DNA of 62,300 bases, the filler included, from Fonticula-like sp. SCN 57-25 (Eukaryota): NCBI GenBank assembly GCA_001724245.1. It is 10 parts of 10 records of this genome, joined end to end, with 100 filler letters (N's around TTAATTAATTAA, not from the genome) between each part and the next. Parts side by side here need not be neighbours in the genome. Positions count along the whole stretch, not along the records: positions 7,932 to 13,921 come from MEDX01000492.1; positions 14,022 to 19,999 come from MEDX01000493.1; positions 20,100 to 26,065 come from MEDX01000494.1; 7 more parts are not named here. One strand, given 5' to 3'. The position numbers were made by a program, and so were the translations under genes. Position 1 is the first letter of the stretch. Each line of letters begins with the position of its first letter. This document shows positions 9,982 to 22,309 of this stretch, one piece after another. The notes beneath the pieces were generated by a model. That model saw only the letters and a program-made list of their open reading frames with translations. It was not told the origin of the DNA and did no database searches.

Positions 9982-12575
9982 ACCAGTCGGAAATAGACTG
10001 TGAGTCGTGCGCGTTTTTCTACTGGCGTAGGCATCCTGCCAGCAACGCATAGGTCCTGCATGCAATCGTCCTGAGAGGCGCGGCACGTGTGTGCGCGAAT
10101 GCGGGTCGGCGATGATGGTGTTGCCTCGATGGAGGGGCGTCATCGACGGGGTGTGAAGGGATCGGTCGACGACTCCTGATGATCGCGTTTAGCTGATGCC
10201 CATAACTCCGCGAATACTCGTCGTAGAGCGATGATTCAACGTGCGTTTGAGAGCTCACTATGAGACGAGTCGAATGGTGCTACTCGAGCGGTGCGTGCGG
10301 AGCAGGAGGACGCGGCACATGTAGGGAGGTCCTGACACGATGCTTGACCGTAAAAATTGATCACGAACGGAGGGTGCTCATATTTTTGTGACAGTATGCC
10401 GAGCTTGTATTGCAACGCAAAGGAAAGAACACAAGAGAACAAGGTGCCACGAGGCAATTCACAGCATACATACAAAGGGCCCAGCCAGTCGGAGATATGC
10501 TACGAGGCGTGTACGCTGTCCCATTGGCGAAGGCGTCCTGCCGGTCAGCTACAGTGTGCGTTATTGGTCCTGCGTATGAACGTCCTAATAGCCTGGCACG
10601 TGTGTGCGCATGTGCCGGGGCAGCGATGGTGTCGACGCGATCGTGAGGCCGTTCCCTGGGCCGATGGTTGACCGTGAAGGGATCGGACGGCGACTCCTGT
10701 TGACCGTGTGTCGCGGGTGCTCGTATCTCCGCGAATACTTGTCGTTGAGCGATGATTCACAGTGCGTTCGAGAGCTCGTGACGAGGCGAGTTGAGTGATA
10801 CCACTTATGGAGGTGCTGCGCGTGTGAAGCCAGAGGGCGCGACCCGTGCAGGGCTGGTAGAGGTGATTCCTGACACGATGCTTGACCGTAAAAATTGATC
10901 ACGTAAGGAGGGTGCTCATATTTCCGCGAATACTTGTCGTACGGAGGGCAAAACGGTTCAGGGTGCGTTCGAGCGCTCGCGGCGAGACGAGTCGATTGAC
11001 ACCACTGGAGGAAGCGATGCGTGCAGTGCTGCAGGAGGGAGAGGCACGTGCAGTGGTGGTGGAGGTGGGTTCCTAATAGGCGGATATGCCAGTACCTCGC
11101 ATGACTGCCTTCGTGGCAGTTATATGCTGCCTCATAAGGAAGAAGCCTTGAAGATAGGTGAACGTGAAGGAAATACAGCGTGCACGTGCTTGAGGTAGTA
11201 GTGAAGGTCCGGATTGAATACAGGGCCAGGGAAGGACTACAGCTTTGAGAGACTCTTCTCTCTCGCCACACAGTTCGACTAGACCTATGGCGCCAGGGGG
11301 GCTCGCTCGTCCTAGCGACGTACTCACACCTCATCTTGCATACCGCGAGGGATGATGTCACACAACAACATTCAAATAGAAATCGGCCGAACGGTTTGAT
11401 TCTTTCATCGACCAATGAACGATGCCGATTGAAAAAAGTTTCATACTGATTGGATTGATTCAAGCAAACATTTTCCTTCATTTTTCTTTCTGTGATCTTT
11501 CCTCCTCTCTCTTTTCTCTTTCTCTCTCTCTCTCTCTCGGTCCAGTCAGTGTACTATGCATTATGGCATGCAGACTACGGGCATTGATCCCTCACGGTGT
11601 CGCTTGTAATTTTCAAATATCCTCTTATTTCCTGCGTAATTTCCATCTCCAGGCATAATACAGTGTTGCCCCTGGTTGGCATAACGACACAAAGGTGCCC
11701 CCGCGAAAACGGAGAAAGGTTAACGCCAAATAAGAATTGTACACTGCTCTGATGTTGCGGAGGAATAACTTAGACCGAGAAGGGAGAGAGAGCATGTGTA
11801 CAAAGGCGTTTGGTGTTGTCAGTGCAAGAACAAGGACGTCACCCTTACCTTCTGTTGCTTGATTGAAGCCTCAATGCATTCAACGAACTGCAGGAGCAGT
11901 GACGATTTTCCGTGTACATCAACGCGACTGGACATCATGGATTATACCGTTGTCATTGAAACACACACAACACGGCCACCGCAACCAATGAGCGCAACTC
12001 TTCCTCGAGCAGCATCACTCGACTCACCGCGTCGCGAGCTCTCGAACGCCATCTTAACCTGCGCCCTACGACGCGTACTCGTGGAGATCCTCACACTCGC
12101 TACATGAGACGACTCGAGTGTCAGGCACCACACGTACGACTCCTACGCATGTCACGTCCTCCCTCACTGCACGCATCGCTTCGCGAGCAAAACCATGTGA
12201 CCCGTCTCGTCGTGAGCTCTCAAACGTACCGTCAACCATTGCCCTACGACAAGTATTCGCTGAGATATGAGCATCCGCTATTCTCAAAACAATCTGGAAT
12301 CACCGACCGCCCCTCACGGTCGACCGTCCCACCCCTCGATCAAGCCAACGTCGCCGCTGCCCCGCCTACGCGTACACACGTGCTGCGCAAACTGTAACGG
12401 TCACATAGAGGGGGACAATAAACGCGCGTTAAAGCTGGCAGGATGCCCGCAGCATTAGGACAAAAATGCACACGCTTCGCAGCAAATGTCCGACTGGTCG
12501 AGCATAGTTTAATAATGGCAAAATTTGCCTTGTGGCACTGTTCTTCTGTTCTTTCGTGCGCGTTCCCCTTGTACC
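9982..12575. repeat. Diverged ~500-bp repeat: two tandem copies (~9982-10480 and ~10485-11005) and an inverted copy (~12190-12575)
   Basis: Shared blocks ccagtcgga..., ggc(a/g)tcctgcc, gcacgtgtgt, and gcgtt(t/c)gagagctc.cgacgagacgagtcga, the last at 10243, 10764 and 10965 and reversed at ~12011 and ~12193. Confidence 0.7.
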
Positions 12576-13708
12576 CAACCCAATACACGCAGCGGACACG
12601 CCACACAAAGGCTTGTCGTCGTCGTTGAGCATCGAGCATGCTAAAGTTGTTCCTTATAATCCAAAATGTCATTGTACAAACGCGAATTTATGAAGCCTCG
12701 ATAGCCCACAAACCTTCGCCGAGCGTTGATATAATATCTGGGCAGCTCAATTGAATTAAGAAACAGTCGAAAGCGAGGTTCTCAGCTTTGGATCCTCAGT
12801 GGGTGGGGTGAAGTGGTGAGCCTTCTGAAAATCTTTATGGACGCCAGGTTAGTTTTGGTATCTGTGACGACGTCGCAGTGAATTGTCGCTGCGGGTGCAG
12901 GACAGCACTAACTGCGTCGCACACCGACTGCCTATCGATTGCGAGAATACACGATTGAACCGTATTATCGAGCCTGGCACCGACCACCCTACGGTATGGC
13001 ATACGACGCTGAATTCCACGTCGAGTTGATATGACATACTAGTACACCATGCGTGGATACTGCATGGATATCCACTTCGACGGTATGGATGCACCGTATG
13101 GTATCATGTGTGTATCCGATATTTGTCAGAAACTCAAACGAATAATGGTTGTTCCAACGAGCGATTCTGCCGTTGAAGTGGCTCCACGACGTTCCCATTT
13201 ACGACGTCCCCATTTTTCGGTAGAACAGTATGCTGCAATAAATGGAAGCGCAGATAGTCAAATGATGAACTACTGCGCCTGGACATGCTGCGCTCTCGTA
13301 TTCTTCGAATCATACACTGCACGAACAGTGCAGACATTTAGCGGATTGGACTGTTCGAGTGTTCGATTGTTTGTTCGACTGTATGGATTGTGACTGTATG
13401 ACGGTCCGTCGCTGATCCTTGCAGCTACCGGACAATGGTTTTCATGCAGGGCCGGTCCGCGCGCTCTGCGCAGCAAGCAACAACACATTGCAGGCTATGC
13501 AGTTTAACCCCAGGCTTGGTTGGCAGCTGTTTTGGAAAGGTTGCCGGTGGTGTGCCGGCGAGATGTTAACTGTGCTGCGGCGGGTTGCGACGGACACGCA
13601 GGCCAAACTGACGTGTACTTTTGAAGCGCACGTCCGTCTCTTACAACCCTTTCGTGCTACTTTTAGCGTGTCGTCCTTTTTAGCGCCTATTCTGCCTGCT
13701 TAACGCCG

Positions 13709-13921
13709 ATGCGAATGCGAGGACGGCCCGCGTTTGTGTTCGTGCTGCTTTTTGCAGCCCTTGCTGGCGTGGCATTCCTCTTCCTGAGCGGAGTTGGTGC
13801 TTCGTCGTTTAGCAATGTCGGGCCTGTGCGGCTAATTCTTGCTGCACCGTCGTCTCAGCATCCCGCAGATGCCCCGCTTGCGGCAGTTCTTAACGGTACA
13901 TGCAACATAAAAGCTGATGCT
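13709..13921 (+). CDS. 5' fragment of a signal-anchored (type II membrane or secreted) protein
   Basis: MRMRGRPAFVFVLLFAALAGVAFLFL; the ORF runs off the contig end. Confidence 0.45.
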
Positions 13922-14021
13922 NNNNNNNNNNNNNNNNNNNNNNNNNNNNNNNNNNNNNNNNNNNNTTAATTAATTAANNNNNNNNNNNNNNNNNNNNNNN
14001 NNNNNNNNNNNNNNNNNNNNN

Positions 14022-14961
14022 ACGGCTTGGAGGGCGACGTCGGCGTTGGACCAGACTTTGGTCTTGCTCGAGGGTTTCATGGCCTCAAGGAACTCTGATT
14101 GGGGGTTAGAGAAGGAGGTAAAATGGGGTTGAAGGGAGAAAAAGTGGTCAAATAATGTTCAGAAGTGAACAAAAGTGGTTCAAAAGTGCCATAAAGTAAT
14201 CATAAAGTAACATAAAAATAGCCTAAACTCGTCAAAAGTGACCAAACTGTGTCCGAACACGACCAAAAATTACCGAGTAAAACCATGCCCAGTGAATGCA
14301 CACATGTCACAAATGTCCCACATATAACAACTCTATTAAACGTACCGCGCAGCTTGGGGTCGTTCTGGCTTGCCTGAAGTGCGTTGAGGATCTTGCTGTG
14401 GCCATCGCGCGGCTCGACCTTTGGCTTGCGCTTGTCCTCGATGCTGACCACGCCCGATGCAGCTTCGCTGCTGTCGGCGTGCGCCTGCTGCGGGTGCGAG
14501 CGCGCGTACGCCGACGAGCCGGACGAGTACTTGCTCCAGGGGCGCGCGATGCTGTCGTCTTGGATCTGTGCGGCGCATGGGTGAGCGCGGCGGCGGTTTC
14601 CACGTGGGCACGTACCGACTTGGCCGCTTCGACGGTGATCTTGCTCGTGTCGACGAATGTGTTGTTGAAAAAGGCAATGGCTTGCTTGGCCTCCTTTTCG
14701 GTGCGGAAACCGATAAAGGCAAAGCGGCGAGACTTGCCATCCCTGCACAGTGTGAGCGCACGATTCGGGCGGTGCGACAATCGTACGGTGTCTTCATGAG
14801 CTTGACATCGGTGATTTCGCCCTTTTGAGCAAAGTGCTCGCGCAGCCGAGGCTCAGCCACATGCTTGGGCAGGTTCTTGACCACAATGCGAGACGTCGCC
14901 CTATTCGGAATCAATAGACGTCAGCACGCCGCTATCCCCCTCCCCGATCCCATGCGCACAT
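14022..14961 (-). CDS. MRD1: Multiple-RRM ribosome biogenesis protein RBM19/MRD1, 5' part, spliced
   Basis: [60 protein letters not shown] and RPWSKYS, separated by short GT-AG introns. Confidence 0.9.
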
Positions 14962-15160
14962 GGATGACAGCGGTCACGTGACAATTTGCAGTTTGCGTGT
15001 TGATGATTCGAACGGATAACCGCGCGGCATCGCGTGGACATGCGCAAAGATGGAAGGCAAAAGTACAGAAATAAAGCAGAAACGTGTATTAAGAATGCTA
15101 AATTACATTGTAACTGTAATGTAATTGACCAAATATATATATGTACACATAAAAAAACAC

Positions 15161-16462
15161 CTATTTTGCGGGCATCACCTCAGCCCTTATCCTCACGTCC
15201 GGGAACCCCTTGTGGAGCATCCTCCTAAACGCCTCTGGCCCAAAACATTTACTTCCCTGAAACCTGTCGGCGTACGCCGCCTTGAATGCCTTGTAAAACT
15301 CATTAATGCTCTTGACGTGCGACAAGAAGCAAATTTGCACTCTTTCCGTTGTCGTGACGACATCACCCTGCCCCGTCTGCGCCCTCATGCCGATCCCGGG
15401 CTCGGCGACCCCGAGCATCCCGACGCCACCCCCGCCGCCGCCGAGCCCCGCCAAATCGGCCGCGCTCTTCATCTTGCGCGCCTTTCGCCTGAGGCGCACC
15501 GTCTCGTACTGGCCGTGCACGCGCGTGCACTCGCGCACCCAGTCGTCGAAAAAGTCGGCGGCGTCCTTGGCAATTTTTTTGCTCGGCGTGTCGCGGCCCG
15601 TGTTGCCGTGCGTGCGCGGCAGCACGCTGTCGGTGCGGCTAAAGTACGCCTGGAGCGTCTTGAGGTACTTTGGCGTGACGCCAAAGAGGTCGCAAAAGGC
15701 GCGGCGCGACACCTTGCCAAAGGGCGGCAGGTTGTACGAGTAAAAGATGCGCTTGCGCTTCTTGCCGTGCGACGTGTTGACGGCGTCCTGGCAGCGGGCC
15801 TGCTTGAGAAGAATGAGAATGTACATTTCGCGCTCGCGCTTTGATATTGTTTTGACGTCGCGGAGAAAGCGCATCGTGCGCGCATCAAGGGGGAGCCACG
15901 AGGTGTCGGTGCGCTGGCGGAGGGCTTCGGCCCACGGGTACACGTCAAAGTAGACGTTCTCGGGGGCGGCAGAGGCGGACAAGAGGCCGTCGGAGAGAAG
16001 CTCGCCGTCGACGGGCATCAGTACAAGGGAGCCGTCGTCGCTCATGGAGGAGCGGCTGCCGAGCGGGACATCGCCGAGCAGCTCGCGGCTGCCGCCATCA
16101 AGATCGTCGTCATCATCCTCGTCATCGTCGTCATCCTCTTCGTCGCCGAGATCCTCAAGCTCGTCAAGAATGGGCTCAGTGTCCATGTCGTGCGTCACAA
16201 GGCCGTGGTGGGAGACGTGGCCGCTGCCGTCATCATCGTCGACAACGCCCTGCAGGTGATCCAAGGGATGGTGGTGATGGTGATGATGCAGGTGGTGATG
16301 CAGGTGGTGATGATGCAAGAGCGGGAGGCCGTTCACGTCCATGTGCGTGTGGTCCAGCTCAAGCTCATGAGGCACAACAACATTGAGCTCGTGGCCACCG
16401 CCCGTGAGAACATGCAGCGGGGCCGCAGGGTCATGGCCCTGGCCTATCCTCCCGGGCTCCAT
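15161..16462 (-). CDS. His-rich/acidic protein with a C-terminal domain resembling the N-terminal region of Sola-type transposases
   Basis: Intronless GC3-rich ORF with poly-His and poly-Asp tracts, followed by KVSRRAFCDLFGV..HGNTG..EFYKAF..FRRML..FPDVRI. Confidence 0.7.
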   Translation of the reverse strand: MEPGRIGQGHDPAAPLHVLTGGGHELNVVVPHELELDHTHMDVNGLPLLHHHHLHHHLHHHHHHHPLDHLQGVVDDDDGSGHVSHHGLVTHDMDTEPILDELEDLGDEEDDDDDEDDDDDLDGGSRELLGDVPLGSRSSMSDDGSLVLMPVDGELLSDGLLSASAAPENVYFDVYPWAEALRQRTDTSWLPLDARTMRFLRDVKTISKREREMYILILLKQARCQDAVNTSHGKKRKRIFYSYNLPPFGKVSRRAFCDLFGVTPKYLKTLQAYFSRTDSVLPRTHGNTGRDTPSKKIAKDAADFFDDWVRECTRVHGQYETVRLRRKARKMKSAADLAGLGGGGGGVGMLGVAEPGIGMRAQTGQGDVVTTTERVQICFLSHVKSINEFYKAFKAAYADRFQGSKCFGPEAFRRMLHKGFPDVRIRAEVMPAK

Positions 16463-16629
16463 TGACGCGGATGTTGATAACTGATAATGATTGCTAAAAT
16501 CACCATACCGTTGCGTTGCCAAGCATGCATAAAGTGCAACATTATTTTCAAAACCATTCACGGCAAAACCAAAAGATGGCCATAAACGGCGTTCAATACA
16601 GCTGTACAGTCTCATTATATATACATGAA

Positions 16630-18420
16630 TCAATTGGAATAAAAGGCCGGCGGCACTTTACGGAAGCGCTTATAATTGACGACGCCTTGCCCGTTCTGCG
16701 CCGCCGCCGCCGGGATGCATCTTCTAAACAGGTTGTCGGTTGGGACGGCCGGCGCTGGCTTCATCTCCGGCAGGTCCTCTTCCTCTTCCCTGTCGTCGGG
16801 CTGCTCGTCGGTCTCTTTCTCCTTCTCGATCGCGCTCTGCTTTGACGGCGATCTCTGGATCACCTGCCTCGGTCGACTATGCACCAAGTTAGATCAGCAA
16901 CATAAAAAAATGTCACGTACACTAGCTTTGCCTTTGAGCCAACAGCAGGGCGACTAAATTCATTGGCAACAGAAAGCGACAAAGGTGCACGTGACACCGC
17001 CTCGGTCGCCGACGCAGCGCTGGAAGTCAGCGAAAGCGACTCTTTCGTGTCTTCTGGCTCAGTTGGGGTCGTTTCTGGCGCGGGCGTCGGTGACACTCTT
17101 GGCGGTCGAGACATGATCGCCATTGGCCTTTTTTGGGTGTCAATTTTGGCGGCCTTGGCGGGTGGCAGCGGCACATCCGACGTACTTGGCCGCTTCTTTT
17201 CGGGTGCCGGCGCAGGTGCAGGTGTCAGCGCTGGTACAGGCACAAGGTCACCTGCATCGGTCTTTGGCTGCGAAGCGGTGCGGCGCGCATTGCCAGCTTG
17301 TGTCGGTCCGACTTGCGTTACTTGCGACTCTTGGCCGACCTGCGTCGTGACGAGCGGGTACATTACGCTTACGCTCTGGGAGGCGCTCTCGAGCAGCGCG
17401 ACGCTGTTCTGGACGATGCAGGCGTAAATGGTCTCGGGGCCGATGCTCAGCATGCGCGCGTCGGGAGAAGGGCCGCCGAGGACGAGTGTCCGGGAAGGGT
17501 CGAATGTGCCGGGGGTGAACTCGGAAAGGGGTTTGAGGGCGCCGCCGGCATTGCGGACGTAGCCCTGGAGGTCGGCAGACACCTACGGAAAAGTGTGAGC
17601 TGAGGTGGAAAAATGTGGTTTTGCGCACCTGCGGGGTAAAGAGAAAAGTGTACAGGGAAAAAAGGGTCTTGCGGGAAGGAGCAATGGTAAAGAATTGGGG
17701 GTTGAGCGTGCGGTTTTGGTTGGCGGGAATCGGAGGGAGGAACCGCTCGAGGTTGTCGGGATCCTCAAAGGTGACGGTGGGGAGATCGGCGTAGAATTTT
17801 AGCCAGGAGGGTAAAACAATAGGCCGCAAATCGAGGAGTGCCATTATAATGTTGGAGGTCACGGTGAGATCCTCAGAGATGCGATGAGTACATTCGGGTG
17901 TCCAGCCCGACACGCAGCGAAAGCCGAGCATGCTGGCTTGCCGCTCGACGGCGGAGGAAATGGTGCGCGCGACGCTCAAAACAACAGGTCGCCGTTCAAT
18001 AATATATGAAATGGAAGAGGCGACGTTGATGGTGTCGCCATGCGAAAGATTTACGTTGGTCTGGGGCTCGATGCGGCGCCCATTCACGGTCGTGCCAGAC
18101 TTGGAGCCCAAATCGCACACCTGCACACTGACAGCGCCTTGCCGGTCCACAACATTAACGTTAAATTGAAGGTGACGCCGGCTCACTGCAATGCTCGTCA
18201 CGAGGATGAGGCAATCTAGAATAGTCGAGTGTCAGCGCGCAGCAATCCCTGCTGACCTCGTACCTCTCCTGCCCAGCGTGATGGGCTGCCGGTCAGGACG
18301 AAGCCAATAAACTGGCAGAGGCGCTGTAAAACAAAGTTAGTGCGCGTTCAATTGATCAAAAAGCGTACCTGACTGGGTCTCATTCTCCAGCGCCTGCTGT
18401 CGTAGTAACCAAAACGCCAT
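16630..18420 (-). CDS. NBS1: Nibrin/NBS1 (FHA-BRCT) homolog, spliced; 3' end uncertain
   Basis: FHA (SIAVSRRH..DLGSKSGTTVNG), BRCT (WTPECTH..RPIVLPSW), RKTLF, and a C-terminal Mre11-binding-like NYKRFRK. Confidence 0.8.
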
Positions 18421-19078
18421 CGCGCTGCTACCGGGACCTGCGGCTCGCCTTCAACATGCAAGGTTTTTGGTTTTCCCGCCAACAAGATCAGTTTCTCCTT
18501 TATTTTGATTGGTCGTTGGATCTGACGTCACACTCGTGACGTCACACGGATTTTGCGATCCAAATCGCGACGAACTTGCCTGGCGAGCGTCCTCTCTCAT
18601 CACACCGGCAGCATCCACGTTCGGTACGCCTCGGTTTGGAGCCTGGCTAGCATGGCAGGGCGGGGTTTTGAGGGATGCTATGTGTGGGACGAGTGATGCA
18701 GTGTGGAGATGGCCATCGGATGCGGTCGGATTTGGTCGATGGAGGCGCGGCATCCGCGGAGACGAACCCTAGCATCCGAACGCTGCTTGGGTGTTGGGAC
18801 GTGCTGTGCAGCCGCGCAAGCGGTGTGGCGCGCGCATCCTGTGGTGCTGCGTCTTTCTGCGCCCGTTGGTCCTTGTTTCTTGACATTGGATGGCGTGGGG
18901 CGCACACTGTGGCGTTGCTGGATGCGCGAATCCATCCGACCATCCATAGCAATCCGGTCCATCATCCGCTGCATCCTGTGCTCTCTGTGCTCTGTGCATC
19001 CTTTGGCTTACTGCCACCACCGCTATCGTTTGAATTGCATCGCGTCGCGGGGTTACTGACTTTGTTACGTTCAGAGCA

Positions 19079-19604
19079 ATGGCTAACGTCTCTGCCGATC
19101 TTACGTGGGCGATCGTTCGCGATTCGTCGTCGTTCCTTAAGAAGGGCCGCACGACCGACGGCGCCGTCTTCACGTCGGAGCCGCTCAACCTGACCGGCAA
19201 GAACTCGTTCAAGTTCAGCGGTCTCGCCAACGCTTCGGTAAGCTTTGATTGACTCGATCAATGCGAATGCTCATGTTGATTTGTTTAGGCCATCGGTGTC
19301 CACAAGACCGCCGACAACAAGATCGAGCTTTCGACCAAGAAGCGCCGCTTCGCCACGAAGCCGGCCAAGAACATTGCCGTCCACAAGCTCACCTCGAACA
19401 TGCGCAAGTCCGCCAAGTCGGTCGCCAAGATCACCACTGGCAGCTTCTACCGCGCTGATCTCGAGAAGGTACGGCTCTATAATTGATCCCTCGCGTTTGT
19501 GCTCATTCTTTCCGTGCCAGACCGCTGTTGCCCGCGTTGCTGCTCTTTCGCGCAAGGCCGGCAAGGGCCCGAAGACGATCGCTGCTCGTGGCAGCCGCCA
19601 GTGA
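19079..19604 (+). CDS. RPL28: 60S ribosomal protein L28 (eL28); introns at 19238-19288 and 19469-19520
   Basis: MANVSADLTWAIVRDSSSFLKK..FTSEPLNLTGKNSFKFSGLAN..YRADL..AVARVAAL. Confidence 0.95.
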
Positions 19605-20305
19605 AGTAGCATTGTGTAATAAACCGTTTGCTATGTATTCAACCATGTCATTTGCGGGATTGGGCTGGAAGGGGTTGGCTAACTGGGAGCATTTGGCGAG
19701 GCGCACATGTGGAGCCGCTAGCACAGTAAAGTTGTCCACTGCAGTTTTATCTCCAAGTATGCGCACATGTTGGCCATTACTGGGATATTTACATGCTGCT
19801 ATATCCACATCACTGCCCATTTCGAGGAAAAAGGAGTAAACTATATCAAGAATTGAAGGCGTCTGTGGAGTAGCAGTTTATATATAGGTACGAATAGTAT
19901 TACAGTGTGGATTTGGTATGCTACTCGGTGCAGTATGACAATGTCTGCAGGCTTCACTCACGCCTGAACGGATATATACGCTATTGCTAGATCCCTTTTN
20001 NNNNNNNNNNNNNNNNNNNNNNNNNNNNNNNNNNNNNNNNNNNTTAATTAATTAANNNNNNNNNNNNNNNNNNNNNNNNNNNNNNNNNNNNNNNNNNNNG
20101 AGCCAGTTTACTGTTACCCTCGTCAGTTGGCTTGACGCTGGTCCTTTTCTCTTTGAGAACTTTAATGCTCATTCCGTAATTTTACTTTACCAAACAACGT
20201 GAAATAGTTGTTTATGCAGCAAAATAACAAGAAACAGAAGAAAAAGGTCGGAGTTGACTGCCCTTATTGTGGTCTAATTTTTTCTGCACTTCCGCACCAT
20301 TTAGC

Positions 20306-22254
20306 ATGTCATTTGACATTCCACAAATTCGAGCAAATTCAGACTCCTGGGGTCCAACAAACGCTTCCATCCCCCACCGTTTTGCGTACCTTGCGCACAC
20401 CCCGTTCACCTCCCCCCCATCCTCTTCAACCTTCCAGGTTCAGCAGCAGCAACAACAACAGCAACAGCAGCAGCAGCAAGCAAAGCATGATTTTCGATTG
20501 GGCAAAACGTTTGACTTTGTGTTCAATTCTTCGCAAACGCAGCAGCAGCAACATGCCACAAGAGTGCAACGCAAGAAGGACGAGGAGCAGACGGTGAGCG
20601 ACGACGAGGAGGAATTCAGCGTGGTGACCTCCAAGAAGGGCGGTGCTCGCGGTGGCCGCCAATGGTCGCAATCTGCACGTGGAGGACAGCGCCAGATGAG
20701 GGGCGGTTTCAAGAGGGGCCGCGGCCAGTACTACAGACGAACCCAAGGGCGCTACAATGCGCTCTCAAAGCCAAGCATAGAAGTGAGGCCATCCTGGGAG
20801 CTGATGCAAACTTTTACCTTCCCAGAACTCGGTAAAGTGTCTGTGGATGTAGTGCCCGCTGCAACTGACCTGTAAGTAGTTATAGTTTTGTTAGCTGAAT
20901 ATTAACGAAATCTGTCCAATGTCCTATTACCAATTAACAAATTGTCCAAAAATTGCCCAACCAACAAACTGTTCTCTTTCTGAACAACCAACAAACTGTC
21001 CAATATCTGAACAACCAACAAATTGTCCTGTCAACTTACTAATTAACAAAAAAAAAACCTATATTATCAACAAACTACCCCCCTTCTACCAATTGTTACA
21101 CAGTGAAACTGCTGGTTTTGTGGAATGGTTTGATGAAAAATACAACCAGAGCACCGTGAAGAAACCATTGCCAATTCTCAAACCATCTCGTTTGGTGTTC
21201 AGCACAACCACCTCTGATGATCCCATCATTGCAGAATTAGCAGAGAAAATCAATGCTGAGGAACAAGGACCTGTTACTACTGTGTATGCAACTGATTTCC
21301 TGTTGGCTGTGTTGATGAGTGCCCCACGTTCAGTGTACTCCTGGGATTTGGTTCTCACCAAGAAGGGCAATACGATCACAATTGATAAGAGAGAGTCCAG
21401 TGATTTGGATCTCCTGACAGTCGATGAGACCTCAAAGGATCCACCCTTGTTCTCAGACAGCAAGAATAGCAACACGAACTATGCTCAACAGTTGCATCAA
21501 GAAGCAACAAGGCTAAATATGGCATTCCAAGAGCAAGTTCTCAAAAAGGTATTCTAGGACTTGTTGATGTTTTCCATGGTTACTCACAACTATTGCTTTT
21601 TAAACTGTTTAGGCGGAAGAGCGCGAATATTTTGCCAGAGAGAACCCATTCCAAGATGAGTACAAGGATGACCAGATTGCAGCCATTGGCTACAAATATC
21701 GCCAATGGAAACTGGGCAAATATTTGAATGTAGTGGCTCGTTGCCAAGTCGATGGTATTGACAAGACGGGAGCCAAGGATCAATTCCTCACTATTCGTTG
21801 TATTAACGAATACGAGGCAAAGGAGATTGGTGATTGGAAGAGCAAACTTGAAACCCAACGAGGTGCTATTTTCATGAATGAGTTGAGGAACAATATTAAC
21901 AAATTTACTCGCTGGACAGTACAAGCCCTGTTGGGTGGATCTAATCAACTGAAACTTGGCTACGTATCACGCTCTAATCTCGCATCTGGCGCGGGACATT
22001 CTATTCTCAGTATTGACAGTTACTTACCGCTGGACTTTGCCAAGCAAATTGAAATGAACATCAGGAATATTTGGGGTATTGTCAAAACAGTTGCGGATCA
22101 AGTGAACAAGTACGATGATGGCAAATACGTATTGCTCAAGGAACCAAACAAGAATCTCTTGCAATTGTACTCTATTCCTAACGGCGAGACAGTTGAGGGA
22201 GAGGTTGAGGATGCTGATGTCAGCGATTCAGAGGAACAAAATTACAGGGAATAA
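20306..22254 (+). CDS. EIF3D: Translation initiation factor 3 subunit D, spliced
   Basis: NSDSWGP, TTTSDDPII, APRSVYSWD, LDLLTVDETS, ELRNN..KFTRWTVQALLGGS..KLGYVSR, GKYVLLKEPNK. Confidence 0.95.
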
Positions 22255-22309
22255 AAAACAAGCACCCACCGTGTTGTTCATTAATTCTAATGGTTGGTGT
22301 TCGATTCGT

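Noticed and set aside
10585-11481. 298-aa minus-strand ORF
   Set aside because: Runs through degenerate repeats and has no protein-like motifs.
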